A DNA stretch of 32,000 nt from Mycoplasmoides pneumoniae FH (GCF_001272835.1 NZ_CP010546.1:362809-394808), one strand, 5' to 3'; shown: positions 1-10,373, counted from the stretch's first letter. A program made the numbers and translations. The notes: generated from the letters alone by a model not told the origin.

Positions 1-341
1 AAGACTATGCTCAAGATCCCAACCAAGCGTATTATGCCGATCCCAATGCTTATCAGGACCCAAACGCTTACACCGATCCTAACGCCTATGTAGATCCCAA
101 TGCTTATCAGGACCCAAACGCTTATGTAGATCCTAATAACTACACCGATCCCAATGCTTATTACGGCTATGGTCAGGATGGTCAAGCATATCCACAAGAC
201 TATGCTCAAGATCCCAACCAAGCGTACTATGCCGATCCCAATGCTTATCAGGACCCAAACGCTTACACCGATCCTAACGCCTATGTAGATCCCAATGCTT
301 ATCAGGACCCAAACGCTTACACCGATCCTTACTATGTTACT
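1..341 (+). repeat. Coding repeats inside p65: an 18-nt (DPNAYx) tandem unit, plus a ~120-nt segment duplicated at a 195-nt offset
   Basis: Units GAYCCNAAYGCNTAY+NNN run at about 39-164 and 234-341. The block at 1-~120 recurs at 196-~315 with a single mismatch that I could see (gcgtaTtat vs gcgtaCtat). Confidence 0.85.
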
Positions 342-1064
342 AGTACCGATCACAACGCTTACTATGGTCAGGTCGATAATGTACCTGCTTTAGAGGCGAG
401 TGATCTCGCTTATGAGGTAACACCGCAAGAGCAAGCAGCGGAACAAGAGCTGTTTAGCGAACCGGAAACAAAGGTAATCCGTGAAATCCACGAATTTCCC
501 TTTGAGAAGATTCGCTCTTACTTCCAAACGGACTTTGACAGTTATAACAGCCGTTTAACCCAGCTCAAAGACAAGTTAGATAACGCCATCTTTTCGATGC
601 GCAAAGCGATTGATACTGTCAAGGAAAACAGCGCTAACTTGCAAATTATGAAGCAGAACTTTGAACGCCAACTCAAAGAACAGCAAACCCAACGGCTTAC
701 AAGTAATACTGACGCGGAAAAGATTGGTGCTAAGATCAACCAATTAGAGGAACGCATGCAACGTTTATCGCGCACTATGGAAAGTGTGGAGTGAACCAAA
801 AAGGAGCCACGTCAAGAACAGTTCGATCCACGCTTTGTCGATCCACGTAACTTTAATAACTATGTAAACAACACTGACACAATGATGTCAATGTTTGAAA
901 AGGTATTAATGATGAACTTACTGCGCAGCACCACTCCAGTCCAACCTCCAGTGCAGTACTTTACTCCTCAACCCCTTACAGCATCGCCACGTCCAGTGTA
1001 TGAAGAACCGATCTCCGCTTCGTTCCGCCGTCGTGGTTACCGTGGTGATGAATTTTACGAATAA
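1..1064 (+). CDS. p65: Terminal-organelle (cytadherence accessory) protein P65, 3' portion; the ORF enters from the left edge (codon phase starts at nt 3)
   Basis: Frame is open from nt 3 to TAA 1062-1064. One in-frame TGA (792-794) joins track ORFs 597..794 and 882..1064. It has DPNAY(Q/T/V) hexapeptide repeats, a short coiled-coil segment and the C-terminus ...RRRGYRGDEFYE. It sits immediately upstream of hmw2, as in M. pneumoniae. Confidence 0.9.
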
Positions 1065-1083
1065 ACACTGGCTCTTTTAACCG

Positions 1084-4000
1084 ATGAATGATACTGACAA
1101 GAAGTTCCCCTTGCAACCAGTTTATGACACTGGGTTTGATGATGGGTATTTACAGCGTGATTATGAAAAGCGTTTAGAAAGTGCTGCTGCTAATGATGCA
1201 CAAACAGTGGAACTACAAACCCAGCTGTTAGCAGAGATTAAAAACCTTGAAAACGAAATCAAGGCCCTAAAGGCGCAGGAATCACGCCAACCCGATCCGC
1301 ACAACAATGCCCGGATTCAAAGCTTAGAAGCTAGCTTAAACCGTTTGGTCAATGAGTACAACAACTTTGAATTCCAAAAGAACTATATGGTTGATCGGGT
1401 AGCAGAGTTAAATAACAAAGCGCGTTTTTTTAAGGACGAATTAAAGCGTCTCCAACAAGAAAACGCCGCTTTTGTTAATTCCCGTTATGCCAATTGAGCT
1501 GACTTTCAATCCAACTATCAGCTCAAATTAGACCAGTTTCAAGCGTTAATTGACCAGCAAAACCAAACAATTAAGCAGCTCAACGAACAGATTGCAGCTA
1601 ACCAGGGCTTAATTGATCAAAACGTACAGCGCTTACAGCAAAACCACAGTTTAGACCAACAAGAACGTGACGCCTTACTGTATGAGGTTGACCATTTATA
1701 CAACGAACTGTACGAACTTGAAAACCAAAAACGCTTAGTGGGCATCGAGTATGAAGCCACATACCAGGACTTGGTGAGTGCGGATGCGGAGTTGCAAAAC
1801 GTTTATGAAACAATTGCCCAAAACCAGGCCAACTTCCAAAAGCAGTGTGATGCTTATTGAGCACAGCTCAAGCAAGTAGAACAGCAAATTCAAACGACAA
1901 AGCAAGAATTGGTTGATGAAGAATCGGCACTTAAGGTGCGTTTAAATGACGCTGATTTTTACATTAACTCACGCTTAGCAGAATTAGATGATTTAACTAG
2001 CAAGATTAACGAACGTGATTTTGTTTCTAAAGAACAAGCTCAAGACGTTAAAGCTAGTTTAGCTAACCTCACTAAGGAAAAAGAACGTTTGAGCGCTGAG
2101 AAGGATAGCTTTGAAAGGTTAAGGAACACCGCTTTAAACGACATTAACCGAATGGAGCAGGAAAACGCGTTGTTTGCTAAACACTTAGAACAGCAACAAT
2201 ACGAGTTTGAAAGAAAGCAACAGGAAAGCTTATTAAAGCTAGAAACAGAGCATAAACAGCTCCAAAAACGAATTGGTGAGTTCAAAATCGAGAGTGAAGC
2301 TAAAAGTGAAGCGTTACTGATACAAGAACGTGAACTGTTGGAAAAACGCCGGGAAATTGATGATTTGTTAACCCAAGCCAGCTTGGAGTATGAACAACAA
2401 CGCCAGACGAATCAGGTCTTAAAGGAAAAGCACCGTCAAGTCCAACAACACTTCCAAAACCTCGTGCATGCTAAAAAGAAATTGGATCAAAAGCGCCATT
2501 ATTTAGCGGAACAAAAGCGGATTGATGAAGAACAGATTTTTAAGTTAAAGGAAAAGATTGCCACTGAACGCCGCGAATTGGAGAAGCTTTATCTAGTTAA
2601 AAAACAAAAGCAAGACCAAAAGGAAAACGATTTACTGATTTTTGAAAAACAGTTAAGGCAGTACCAAGCTGACTTTGAAAACGAAATAGAAGAGAAGCAA
2701 AACGAGCTGTTTGCATCCCAAAAATCACTCCAAAAATCGTTTACACAACTCAAAAATAAGGAAGCGGAATTAAACCAAAAGGCACAAAAGATTGCAGAGG
2801 ATTGAGCACATCTCAAACAAAACAAACACCACCACGCTGATCTAGAAATCTTTCTGGAGGGTGAATTTAACCACTTACAACAAGAAAAGCACAAGCTGTT
2901 GGAAGCACGTACGCAGTTTGACAACCGTGTCAGTTTGCTCTCAGCACGCTTTAAACAAAAACAAGCAGAATTAGTTAAACAAAAACAAAGCTTGGAACAA
3001 CTCACCGCTGCCTTTAATAAAGAGCAGGAAGCGGTAGAGCGTGATTGGAAGGATCGCTTAGCTAACTTAGAAAAGCAAAAGGAAATGCTGGGGGATAAGG
3101 TACACCAGTTTGATGAAAATTCGCTCAATATTTCCAAAAAGCTAGCGGAGCGGGAGCTAGCGATTAAATTTAAAGAAAAGGAGCTGGAGGCTGCACAAAA
3201 ACAGCTAAGTTTAGACAACAACAATAACGCTGGGTTAAAGTTGCAGTTAGATAAATTGAGCGAATCACTCAAAACGGAACGCCTGGAATTAGAAGCATCT
3301 AAAGAACGTATTTTGGATTTTTACGATGAATCATCACGCCGAATTGCAGATTATGAAAGCGATTTACAAGCACGCTTAGCTGAGGTTAAGACACTAGAAA
3401 AAAACCAGCAGGAAACAGCGGCTAAAAGTGAGCGCGAACTCAAAGTAGCCTTAGAAAAGTTAAACCAAGCAAAAAAGGCTTTTTTACAAATTCGCAAACA
3501 GCAATTGCTCGAAATTGCTTCTGTAAAACAACAACTAGCACAAAAAGCTAATTTGTTGAAAAACCAACAAGCAGAGCTAGATAAGCAAACAGAAGAGTTA
3601 GAAGCAGCTTTTTTAGAGCAAGATACGGACAAAAAGGAGTTGGAAAAAGCACTCCACAGCGTTAAGTCCAAGCAAGAATTATTAGAGCGCGAACGCAGTT
3701 TTTTACTGCAAAAACAACGTGAATTTGCCGAACATGTAGCCGGCTTTAAGCGCCAAGTGCACTTTAAAACAACGCAAATGCAGCGTTTAAGTGAGTTCAA
3801 CAAACAACAACAAAGTGAACAGATAAAGCGCGAAACGGAGCTCAAAATTGCTTTTGCTGATCTAAAAAAGGATTACCAGCTGTTTGAATTGCAAAAAAAC
3901 CAGGAGTTCCAGCAAATCGAACAAAAGCACAAAGAACTAGAACTATTAGCACAAAAACAGGCCGAACTCAAACAGGAGTTAGAGCAAAAAGCAACAGCTT

Positions 4001-6540
4001 TAGCTAGCCAAGATCAAGACACAGTACAGGCCAAGCTAGATTTAGCGCGTCAACAGCATGAATTGGAATTGAAGCAAAATGCCTTTAACCAAGCTAGTCT
4101 TTCGCTCAACAAACAACGCGAACAGCTCACAAACCAAGTCAAGGTATTGCACGGTGAGTTGAAAAAACGCCATGAAAAGCTAACTTTAAAGGATCGTTTA
4201 CTAGCTGAAAAGGAAAAGGATCAGCACAAAAAAGATGCAGAAATTAACCAACGCTTTAAGCAGTTTGAAAATGAATACGCTGATTTTGACCAAGCCAAAA
4301 AGCGCGAATTGCAAGAGTTAAACCAAATCCGTCGAAACTTGGAGCAGAGCAATGCATCACTGCTAAAGAAGCGCAACCAACTAACGCTTGATTTTGCTTT
4401 ACTACGTAAAGTGCAACACAATACGCAAACTAACCGTGTCCAACTCAACACGCAAATTAAGGAGTTTTTACTAGAGAAGAAGAACTTTCAAAAGGCGAGT
4501 GATGAAGCCGCTTTACAAAAAGCACTGTTAATTAAACGCTTACGTAGTTTTGCTTCTAAATTACAGTTGCAACGCGAAGCTTTAGCGATTCAAAAACTGG
4601 AATTTGATAAGCGTGATGAACAACAAAAGAGTGAGATTAACAACGCTAAGTTACAGTTAGAGCAGTTCAAACTAGAAAAGCAGAACTTTGATGAAGCGAA
4701 ACAAAAGCAGTTAATTGAGTTTAAGGATCAGTGCCAACGACTTGATGTTGAAAAACGTCTGTTAAAGCAAAAGTTAGTGCAGCTCAAAAACCTATCTAAG
4801 AGCTATCTTACTTACAAAAACCGTGCTGATCTGTCCCAACAACAGCTGCAACACAAGTATGCTAACTTACTGGAGTTGAAGGAAAAGCTGCAAACCGCTA
4901 AGCGTGCCTTGGACAAAAAACACCGTGCCATTTATGGCAAAATGGCACAGTTTGTCAGTGAGCTCCGCCAAGAAAAGAAGCAGCTTTTAAGTGCGCAAAA
5001 ACAAGTTGATGACAAGTCACGTTTACTGGAACAAAACCAACGCCATTTACAAAACCTTTCCAGTGAAACCAAAAAGAAACGCCAGTCTTTAGAGCATGAC
5101 ATTAATAAGTTTGATCAAAGACGCAAGGAAGCGGTTTCTTCCATTTTAAACTCGCACAAAAAACTCAAGCAAAAAGAGGGAGAATTGCAAGGCATTTTGC
5201 AAAAGCTTAGCTTGAAAAAAACACAAATTGAACAAGAGTTTTCCAAGCTTTATCAGCAACGCGAAAAGTTAGATCGCCAACGCACTACGCTCTCTAAACT
5301 CCACAGAGAGCTAAAAGCCCAAAATGAAGCTACGGCACACAAAAATCGTGAAGTTTTAGAGATTGAGAACTATTACAAGAAGGAGTTGCAACGACTCACC
5401 ACGGAAAAGAGTGAGTTTGATAACAACAAAAATCGCTTGTTTGAATACTTCCGTAAAATTCGCAATGAAATTGAAAAGAAGGAAGCACACATTAAAACCG
5501 TTTTAGAAGAAACACAAAAAAAGCGTCACCTAGTCGAAACGGAAGCGGTCAAACTACATTTACAAAAGCAATCTATCATTTCTAAGGGTCAAGAACTTAA
5601 AGAAATCAAGGAACGGGTTAGCCGTGACATTAGCCACACCAACAAACAACGCGAAGAGTTAAACAGCTTATTGCACCAAAACAAACTGTTGCAAAAGAAT
5701 TTGGCTGAGCGTGAACGTGAAATTAATAATAAGGATTCACTGTTAACCCAAAAGATTCAAACAGCTAAACAAAAGTTAAGCGAAAAAGAAGCACGCATCT
5801 TAAAGCTGTTGGAAAAAATGCGTGCGGTAGAACAGCAATACCAAGCGGAAATTACCCGTTTAAAGACACGTAATGCTGATTTGGAGAAGAATGACAATAA
5901 GCACTTATTTCCACCGTTATTTAAAATTAACGGTAATGATATGAACTATCCTTACCCATATCCTTGATTTTATCCGCAACAAAAACAAGAAGATAGTTCA
6001 AACCAAATTCGCCATCTTTTTGAACAACAGTTGCAATTTATGCAACAGCGTTACGAAAACGAATTAACTGAGTTGCGTCGCCAACGTGCTTTATTGGAAA
6101 AAAAACTAGACCAAATTCAACTCGAATCACAGTTAAGCGCGAAGAAGAACGACTTTGAAAAGGTTGAGCAAATGATGCAAAAGTTGTTGGAAAAAACTGA
6201 GCAAAAACTCAGTGCCTTTGACCAAAAAATTAATGCTTTGGCAGAACAGATTAACACACAAAAAGCAGAGCACGCTGACAGTGAAAAGCAACAGTTGTTA
6301 CTAAGGATTGAACAGTTAGAAAAGCAAAACCTAGCTCAAGCTGTTCAAACACCCCAACCAGTACAACCAGTGGTACAAGCACCAGCTGTAGTACCCCAAG
6401 TGATCCAACCACAGGTAGTGCAGTCCCAACCAGCTTTTTTAGCAACGCAGCAAAGTATTTCTAAACAGCAACAAATCGCGCAATTAAACGCTGAGATCAA
6501 TAGTATTAAAAAGCTAATTGCCCAAAAAGCAGCTAAATAA
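1084..6540 (+). CDS. hmw2: HMW2, a giant coiled-coil terminal-organelle core protein (1818 aa when TGA is read as Trp)
   Basis: ATG 1084 to TAA 6538-6540 is one frame. Track ORFs 1084..1497, 1909..2805, 2899..5967 and 6031..6540 are separated only by TGA (1495, 1858, 2803, 5965). The sequence is almost entirely heptad-like and rich in E/K/Q/L, with a PYPYPW break and a P/Q/V-rich patch near the C-terminus. 5457 nt gives 1818 aa, the length I recall for HMW2. Confidence 0.95.
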
Positions 6541-6554
6541 GGAAGAGATGAAAG

Positions 6555-7628
6555 ATGACTAATGATTACCAACAATTAAATTATTTAGTGGAAACTGATG
6601 ATGAAGCTGACATCATCATAGCTAACCTCGTCAAACAACTCAATGAATTGAAGGAAATTCTGCTTTCATTGGACAATCAAGATTTAGAAATTAATCAGGT
6701 TAACCATCGCACCACAGTGCACAATACTAGTTCTAACACTTCTAATAATAGCACTAGCAATAATAGTGCTGATGGTAATTACAACAGCAATTTCTTTCAC
6801 AACTTTAGTAAAGAAACGCTGCAGACACAAGCAAAACGTGGCTTTCTTTTACTAGAACGCTGTTCCTTGGTAGGTCTACAACAATTGGAGTTGGAATACC
6901 TCAACGTATTGGGTCGTAGCTTTGAATCACATCAAGACAAAATTAACTTTTTGGTCAATTTACGTGATTTAACTAACGATCACTTGTTGGACACGGAAAA
7001 GATTGTCAGTACCCTAGAGCAGATCTTTAACGTTATTGGTGGCACGGAATACACCCCGATTCTCAATTCCTTTTTTAACCAATCACTTAACGATCCTGAC
7101 CCAATTCAGCGCGAAATTGGACTCAAACAGTTTGTGGCTAACTTACGCCAACGCTTTAAAACGCTATTGCAAAAAACTAACAACTCAATTCAACAGTTAG
7201 AAGCGGAAATTCAAATTCCAACTACTCATATTAAGAGTGATGAGGTAATGTTTGGCCCACCGGACATGAACGAACGCTTAGTGTTAAATGACAGTGAAAC
7301 CGATGCCATTCTACGCTCAATTGAAGCGGAGTTGGAAAGCGCTTTACAAAATAAAAAGCAGGTAGTGGTTACAGCAGTCCCACCAATAGCTGCTAACTTA
7401 GCTACCGATAGTATTAGCCAAGAAACTTTAGAACACAACCTTAATAACACTGAAACGGTTAACACCACTACTGTCACGGTAACATCAGCTAGTGAAACTC
7501 AAGTGCGTAAACCACAGATTTCATTACGCCCCATTTTTCAAGGCAACTTTCCCAAACGCTTAAGTAGAGAAGACATCCAGCGCTATGCCCACCAGTTACA
7601 GGAATTAGAACAAAGTAATGAAGGATAG
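6555..7628 (+). CDS. p41: Terminal-organelle protein P41 (357 aa)
   Basis: Intact track ORF 14 nt after the hmw2 stop, preceded by ggaagag. It has an N/S/T-rich low-complexity patch. Position and length match P41 (MPN311) as I recall it. Confidence 0.85.
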   Translation: MTNDYQQLNYLVETDDEADIIIANLVKQLNELKEILLSLDNQDLEINQVNHRTTVHNTSSNTSNNSTSNNSADGNYNSNFFHNFSKETLQTQAKRGFLLLERCSLVGLQQLELEYLNVLGRSFESHQDKINFLVNLRDLTNDHLLDTEKIVSTLEQIFNVIGGTEYTPILNSFFNQSLNDPDPIQREIGLKQFVANLRQRFKTLLQKTNNSIQQLEAEIQIPTTHIKSDEVMFGPPDMNERLVLNDSETDAILRSIEAELESALQNKKQVVVTAVPPIAANLATDSISQETLEHNLNNTETVNTTTVTVTSASETQVRKPQISLRPIFQGNFPKRLSREDIQRYAHQLQELEQSNEG

Positions 7629-8274
7629 TGCACTAACACTAAAACGGGTACGAATTGGAAAATTTTCCGAGTCAATGGTTGAAGAACGACCAACACTCAA
7701 CCTGTTCGAAAAGGTCGAATTCAACCCAGTACCGACTGCTTTAGTGGATCAATTGCCAACTGAACCACTTGTTGAAGCAACTCTTTTAGAAAAGGAAGCA
7801 ATTACTTTTGTCGATACTTACGCAACTTCGGAAGCTCATGATCAAATAGCTACCTTTGTTTTAGAACAATCAATGGAAACGGAGGTGGTTGAAAAAGAAG
7901 CGATTGAAACAGCAATAGTTGCACCAGCACCAGACTTAGTTGAAGAGAAAGCTGTTTTAGTGGAAGAGGTTTTAGTTGAACCAACTGCAACGGAAGCAGT
8001 TACAACTGAAGAAAATCAAGTTTCAACTACATCCGTAACTAAGATTAAAACTAAGCGCAGCAATACTAAAAAGGTGACATCAGAAACACTTGTGGCTTCT
8101 AAAAGTGTGAAAACTAAAAAGTTAATTACCCCTAACCGGGTAAGTTCGGGCAACGTTAATATAACACTTTGACAAGCAGACAAGAAGTCCACTAACCTAA
8201 CTAAAACTAAAACCGATCTCTTTGGTAAAAAGCACCAGTTTAAGGGTCCACAGTTAATTTCTTACAAGAAGTAA
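7618..8274 (+). CDS. p24: Terminal-organelle protein P24 (218 aa)
   Basis: ATG 7618 overlaps the p41 end by 11 nt. Track ORF 7618..8172 continues through TGA 8170-8172 to TAA 8272-8274 (WQADKKSTNLTKTKTDLFGKKHQFKGPQLISYKK). The protein is acidic and E/V/T-rich. 218 aa matches P24 (MPN312). Confidence 0.85.
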
Positions 8275-8284
8275 GCAAAACAAA

Positions 8285-8312
8285 AGCCAGGCACTAACCT
8301 GGCTGTTTGTTT
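8285..8312. terminator. Bidirectional intrinsic terminator shared by p24 (+) and the small minus-strand gene
   Basis: Stem agccagg (8285-8291) pairs with cctggct (8298-8304), loop cactaa. It is followed by gtttgttt on the + strand and by ttttgttttgc on the - strand. Confidence 0.7.
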
Positions 8313-8356
8313 CGGAGAATCTAAACAAGTATTTAAATTTAAGTATTAAGTATTAA

Positions 8357-8629
8357 TTAAACGGGAAAAGAATAGGACGATTTACCAGGGGTTAAACCTA
8401 ATCGGAACCGACCGGTACTAAAGTAGTCTTTTTGTGAATTCCTTCTTTTATAGCTATAACTGCTGCCATTGCCGTTGGCATTATTAGCGTTAGCAGCTTC
8501 GCTGATGTCTAACGCGGTATTAATTAACGTACTAAAGGCGTTTACAATCATAATTACTCCCGCACTGAAGCTTCAAAATGATAAGCCTCCAACTACTTGT
8601 TTAGCTTCTGATTTTTTTAATCTCTGCAT
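8357..8629 (-). CDS. Small (90 aa) hypothetical protein with one predicted TM helix and an N/G/S-rich tail (position of MPN313)
   Basis: Track ORF 8357..8551(-) extends upstream through one TGA (Trp) to ATG at 8629-8627, which is preceded by GGAGacacaata. The N-terminus reads MQRLKKSEAKQVVGGLSFWSFSAGVIMIVNAF.... A T-rich terminator follows on the minus strand. Confidence 0.6.
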
Positions 8630-8683
8630 TATTGTGTCTCCATTTAAATGAATTACATAACTAAAGTAAAATGCCAAAGTTTT

Positions 8684-8689
8684 ATAATT
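8684..8689 (+). promoter_or_regulatory. Candidate -10 box (TATAAT) for the tRNA gene
   Basis: A perfect TATAAT lies 9-10 nt upstream of tRNA position 1. It sits in the 69-nt divergent intergenic region, and the same AT palindrome (ttataattaa) could serve the minus-strand gene. Confidence 0.45.
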
Positions 8690-8698
8690 AACTTAACT

Positions 8699-8775
8699 GT
8701 CATCATAGCTCAATAGGACAGAGTATCAGCTTGCGGAGCTGAGGGTTACAGGTTCGATTCCTGTTGGTGACGCCA
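8699..8775 (+). tRNA. tRNA-Arg, anticodon GCG, with genomically encoded CCA
   Basis: Hand-folded cloverleaf. Acceptor GTCATCA/TGGTGAC (one G-U pair). D-stem GCTC/GAGT with a GG-containing D-loop. Anticodon stem TCAGC/GCTGA with loop TTGCGGA. 5-nt variable loop. T-arm ACAGG-TTCGATT-CCTGT. Discriminator G plus CCA. Confidence 0.9.
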
Positions 8776-8786
8776 TAATACTTTCT

Positions 8787-8819
8787 AACCTACCAGTGTT
8801 ACCCTGGTAGGTTTTTTAT
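8787..8819 (+). terminator. Intrinsic terminator after the tRNA
   Basis: A 10-bp stem aacctaccag/ctggtaggtt with loop tgttacc, followed by a T-run (tttttatt). Confidence 0.75.
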
Positions 8820-8987
8820 TTGCTCCGTTGGCTCACGGTGGATGAAACCACCTTTGACTTACTTTTGTAAACCCAAAAAGTGGTCTTGTAAACCACTTTG
8901 GTGCCTTTTACTTTGCTGTTCCAAAGCGCTTTTTTTAGGTTTGCTGGCAGTTCTTTTAGCCAAAAAAGTTTTTTTATTCTAAGATAT

Positions 8988-9024
8988 AAAGTGTTTTAAA
9001 GTGTCACAAAGTGGCATAAAGTGG
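8988..9024 (+). promoter_or_regulatory. Array of four direct AAAGTG(T/G) boxes at exact 10-nt spacing; putative MraZ operator of the dcw operon
   Basis: aaagtgt at 8988 and 8998, aaagtgg at 9008 and 9018. The last box ends 5 nt before the mraZ ATG (9030). Candidate -10 hexamers TAAGAT (8980-8985) and TATAAA (8985-8990) lie just upstream of or overlap box 1. Confidence 0.65.
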
Positions 9025-9029
9025 TAAAA

Positions 9030-9455
9030 ATGCTTTTAGGAACCTTCAACATTACCCTTGATGCAAAAAACAGGATCAGTCTGCCAGCGAAGCTGCGGGC
9101 TTTCTTTGAAGGTAGCATTGTTATCAACCGTGGCTTTGAAAACTGCTTGGAAGTGCGTAAACCACAAGACTTCCAAAAGTACTTTGAGCAGTTCAACAGC
9201 TTTCCCTCCACCCAAAAAGACACTAGAACACTCAAGCGCTTAATTTTTGCCAACGCTAACTTTGTGGATGTAGATACAGCGGGACGGGTTTTAATTCCCA
9301 ACAATCTGATTAACGATGCCAAGCTAGACAAGGAAATTGTTTTAATTGGCCAGTTTGACCACTTAGAGATTTGGGACAAGAAGCTGTATGAGGACTACCT
9401 AGCCAACTCTGAGTCGTTGGAAACGGTAGCGGAAAGGATGAAAGATGTTAAGTAA
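9030..9455 (+). CDS. mraZ: Transcriptional regulator MraZ (141 aa)
   Basis: [23 protein letters not shown]... and the second half-repeat ...[12 protein letters not shown]... are the typical duplicated SpoVT/AbrB-like MraZ motifs. I prefer ATG 9030 over the track's GTG 9021. Confidence 0.93.
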
Positions 9456-10371
9456 TCAACCCCACAAAAGTGTCTTACTTGATGAAGTCATCCACAACCT
9501 CAACATTAAAGGTGATGGTAACTATTTAGATCTTACTGTTGGTTTTGGCGGTCATAGTCAGCACATTTTAGAGCAGCTTACCACTGGCACTTTAACTGGC
9601 AATGACATGGATAAGGACAGCATTACCTTTTGTACCGAGCTGTTCAAAGACAAAAAGAACGTTGTTTTAGTCCATGATAACTTCGCTAACTTTTTTAACC
9701 ACTTAAAGCAGCTCAAAGTAACGAAGTTTGACGGCATCTTAATTGATTTAGGGGTTTCGAGCTACCAGCTAGATAAACCAGAACGCGGTTTTAGTTTTAA
9801 ACACGCCGGTCCATTTGACATGCGCATGCACCAAAGCGATCGCGTACCAACTGCTTTAGATATCTTGGAGAGGTTGTCTGAGGAAGAATTGACACATGTT
9901 TTAAAGAAGTTTGGTGAAATAGCCCACCCCAAACCAATCGCCAAGGCCTTAAAAACACTCATTAATAACATTAAAAATCCAACTACGGTAGAGGTAGCGG
10001 AAACAGTTAAGGCAGCTGCTAGCAACTTTGAAAAGTACAAATCACGCAATTACTTAGCTAAAGTTTTCCAAGCCATTCGCATTTACCTCAACCGTGAACT
10101 GGAAAGTTTGGAAATTGTGCTGCAACACATTCCCAAGCTGTTGAACAATAAGGGTCGTTTTCTAGTGATTGTCTTCCATTCACTCGAGGAAAAATTGGTG
10201 CGGAACTACATTTTTAAACTTACTCACTTTGTCCAACCCCCTGAACTACCCGTTAAATTAACCCCACCGTTTGAACTCATTACTAAAAAACCCATTTTGC
10301 CAACTGAACAAGAAATTAAAACGAACCCCCGTGCTCGAAGTGCCAAACTGTTTGTCATTGAAAAGAAATAA
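9445..10371 (+). CDS. rsmH: 16S rRNA (cytosine1402-N4)-methyltransferase RsmH/MraW (308 aa)
   Basis: Intact track ORF overlapping mraZ by 11 nt. Motifs [19 protein letters not shown] (SAM pocket), [10 protein letters not shown] and NPRARSAKL. Confidence 0.93.
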
Positions 10372-10373
10372 CT

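Noticed and set aside
2589-3845. Long minus-strand ORFs inside hmw2 (2589..3272, 3351..3845; also 2040..2285, 4221..4451 and 542..799 in p65)
   Set aside because: They are antisense shadows of the E/K/Q/L-rich coiled-coil codons. Their translations are Cys/Ser/Phe/Leu low-complexity strings with no start context. The sense frame is a continuous 1818-codon gene.
8469-8651. A plus-strand 60-aa ORF opposite the small minus-strand gene
   Set aside because: The minus-strand reading extends to 90 codons through a TGA-Trp, has a GGAG-spaced ATG, and is followed by a terminator with a better T-tract on that strand. The plus ORF has no start context and would run head-on into the tRNA promoter. The strand assignment is still only moderately certain.
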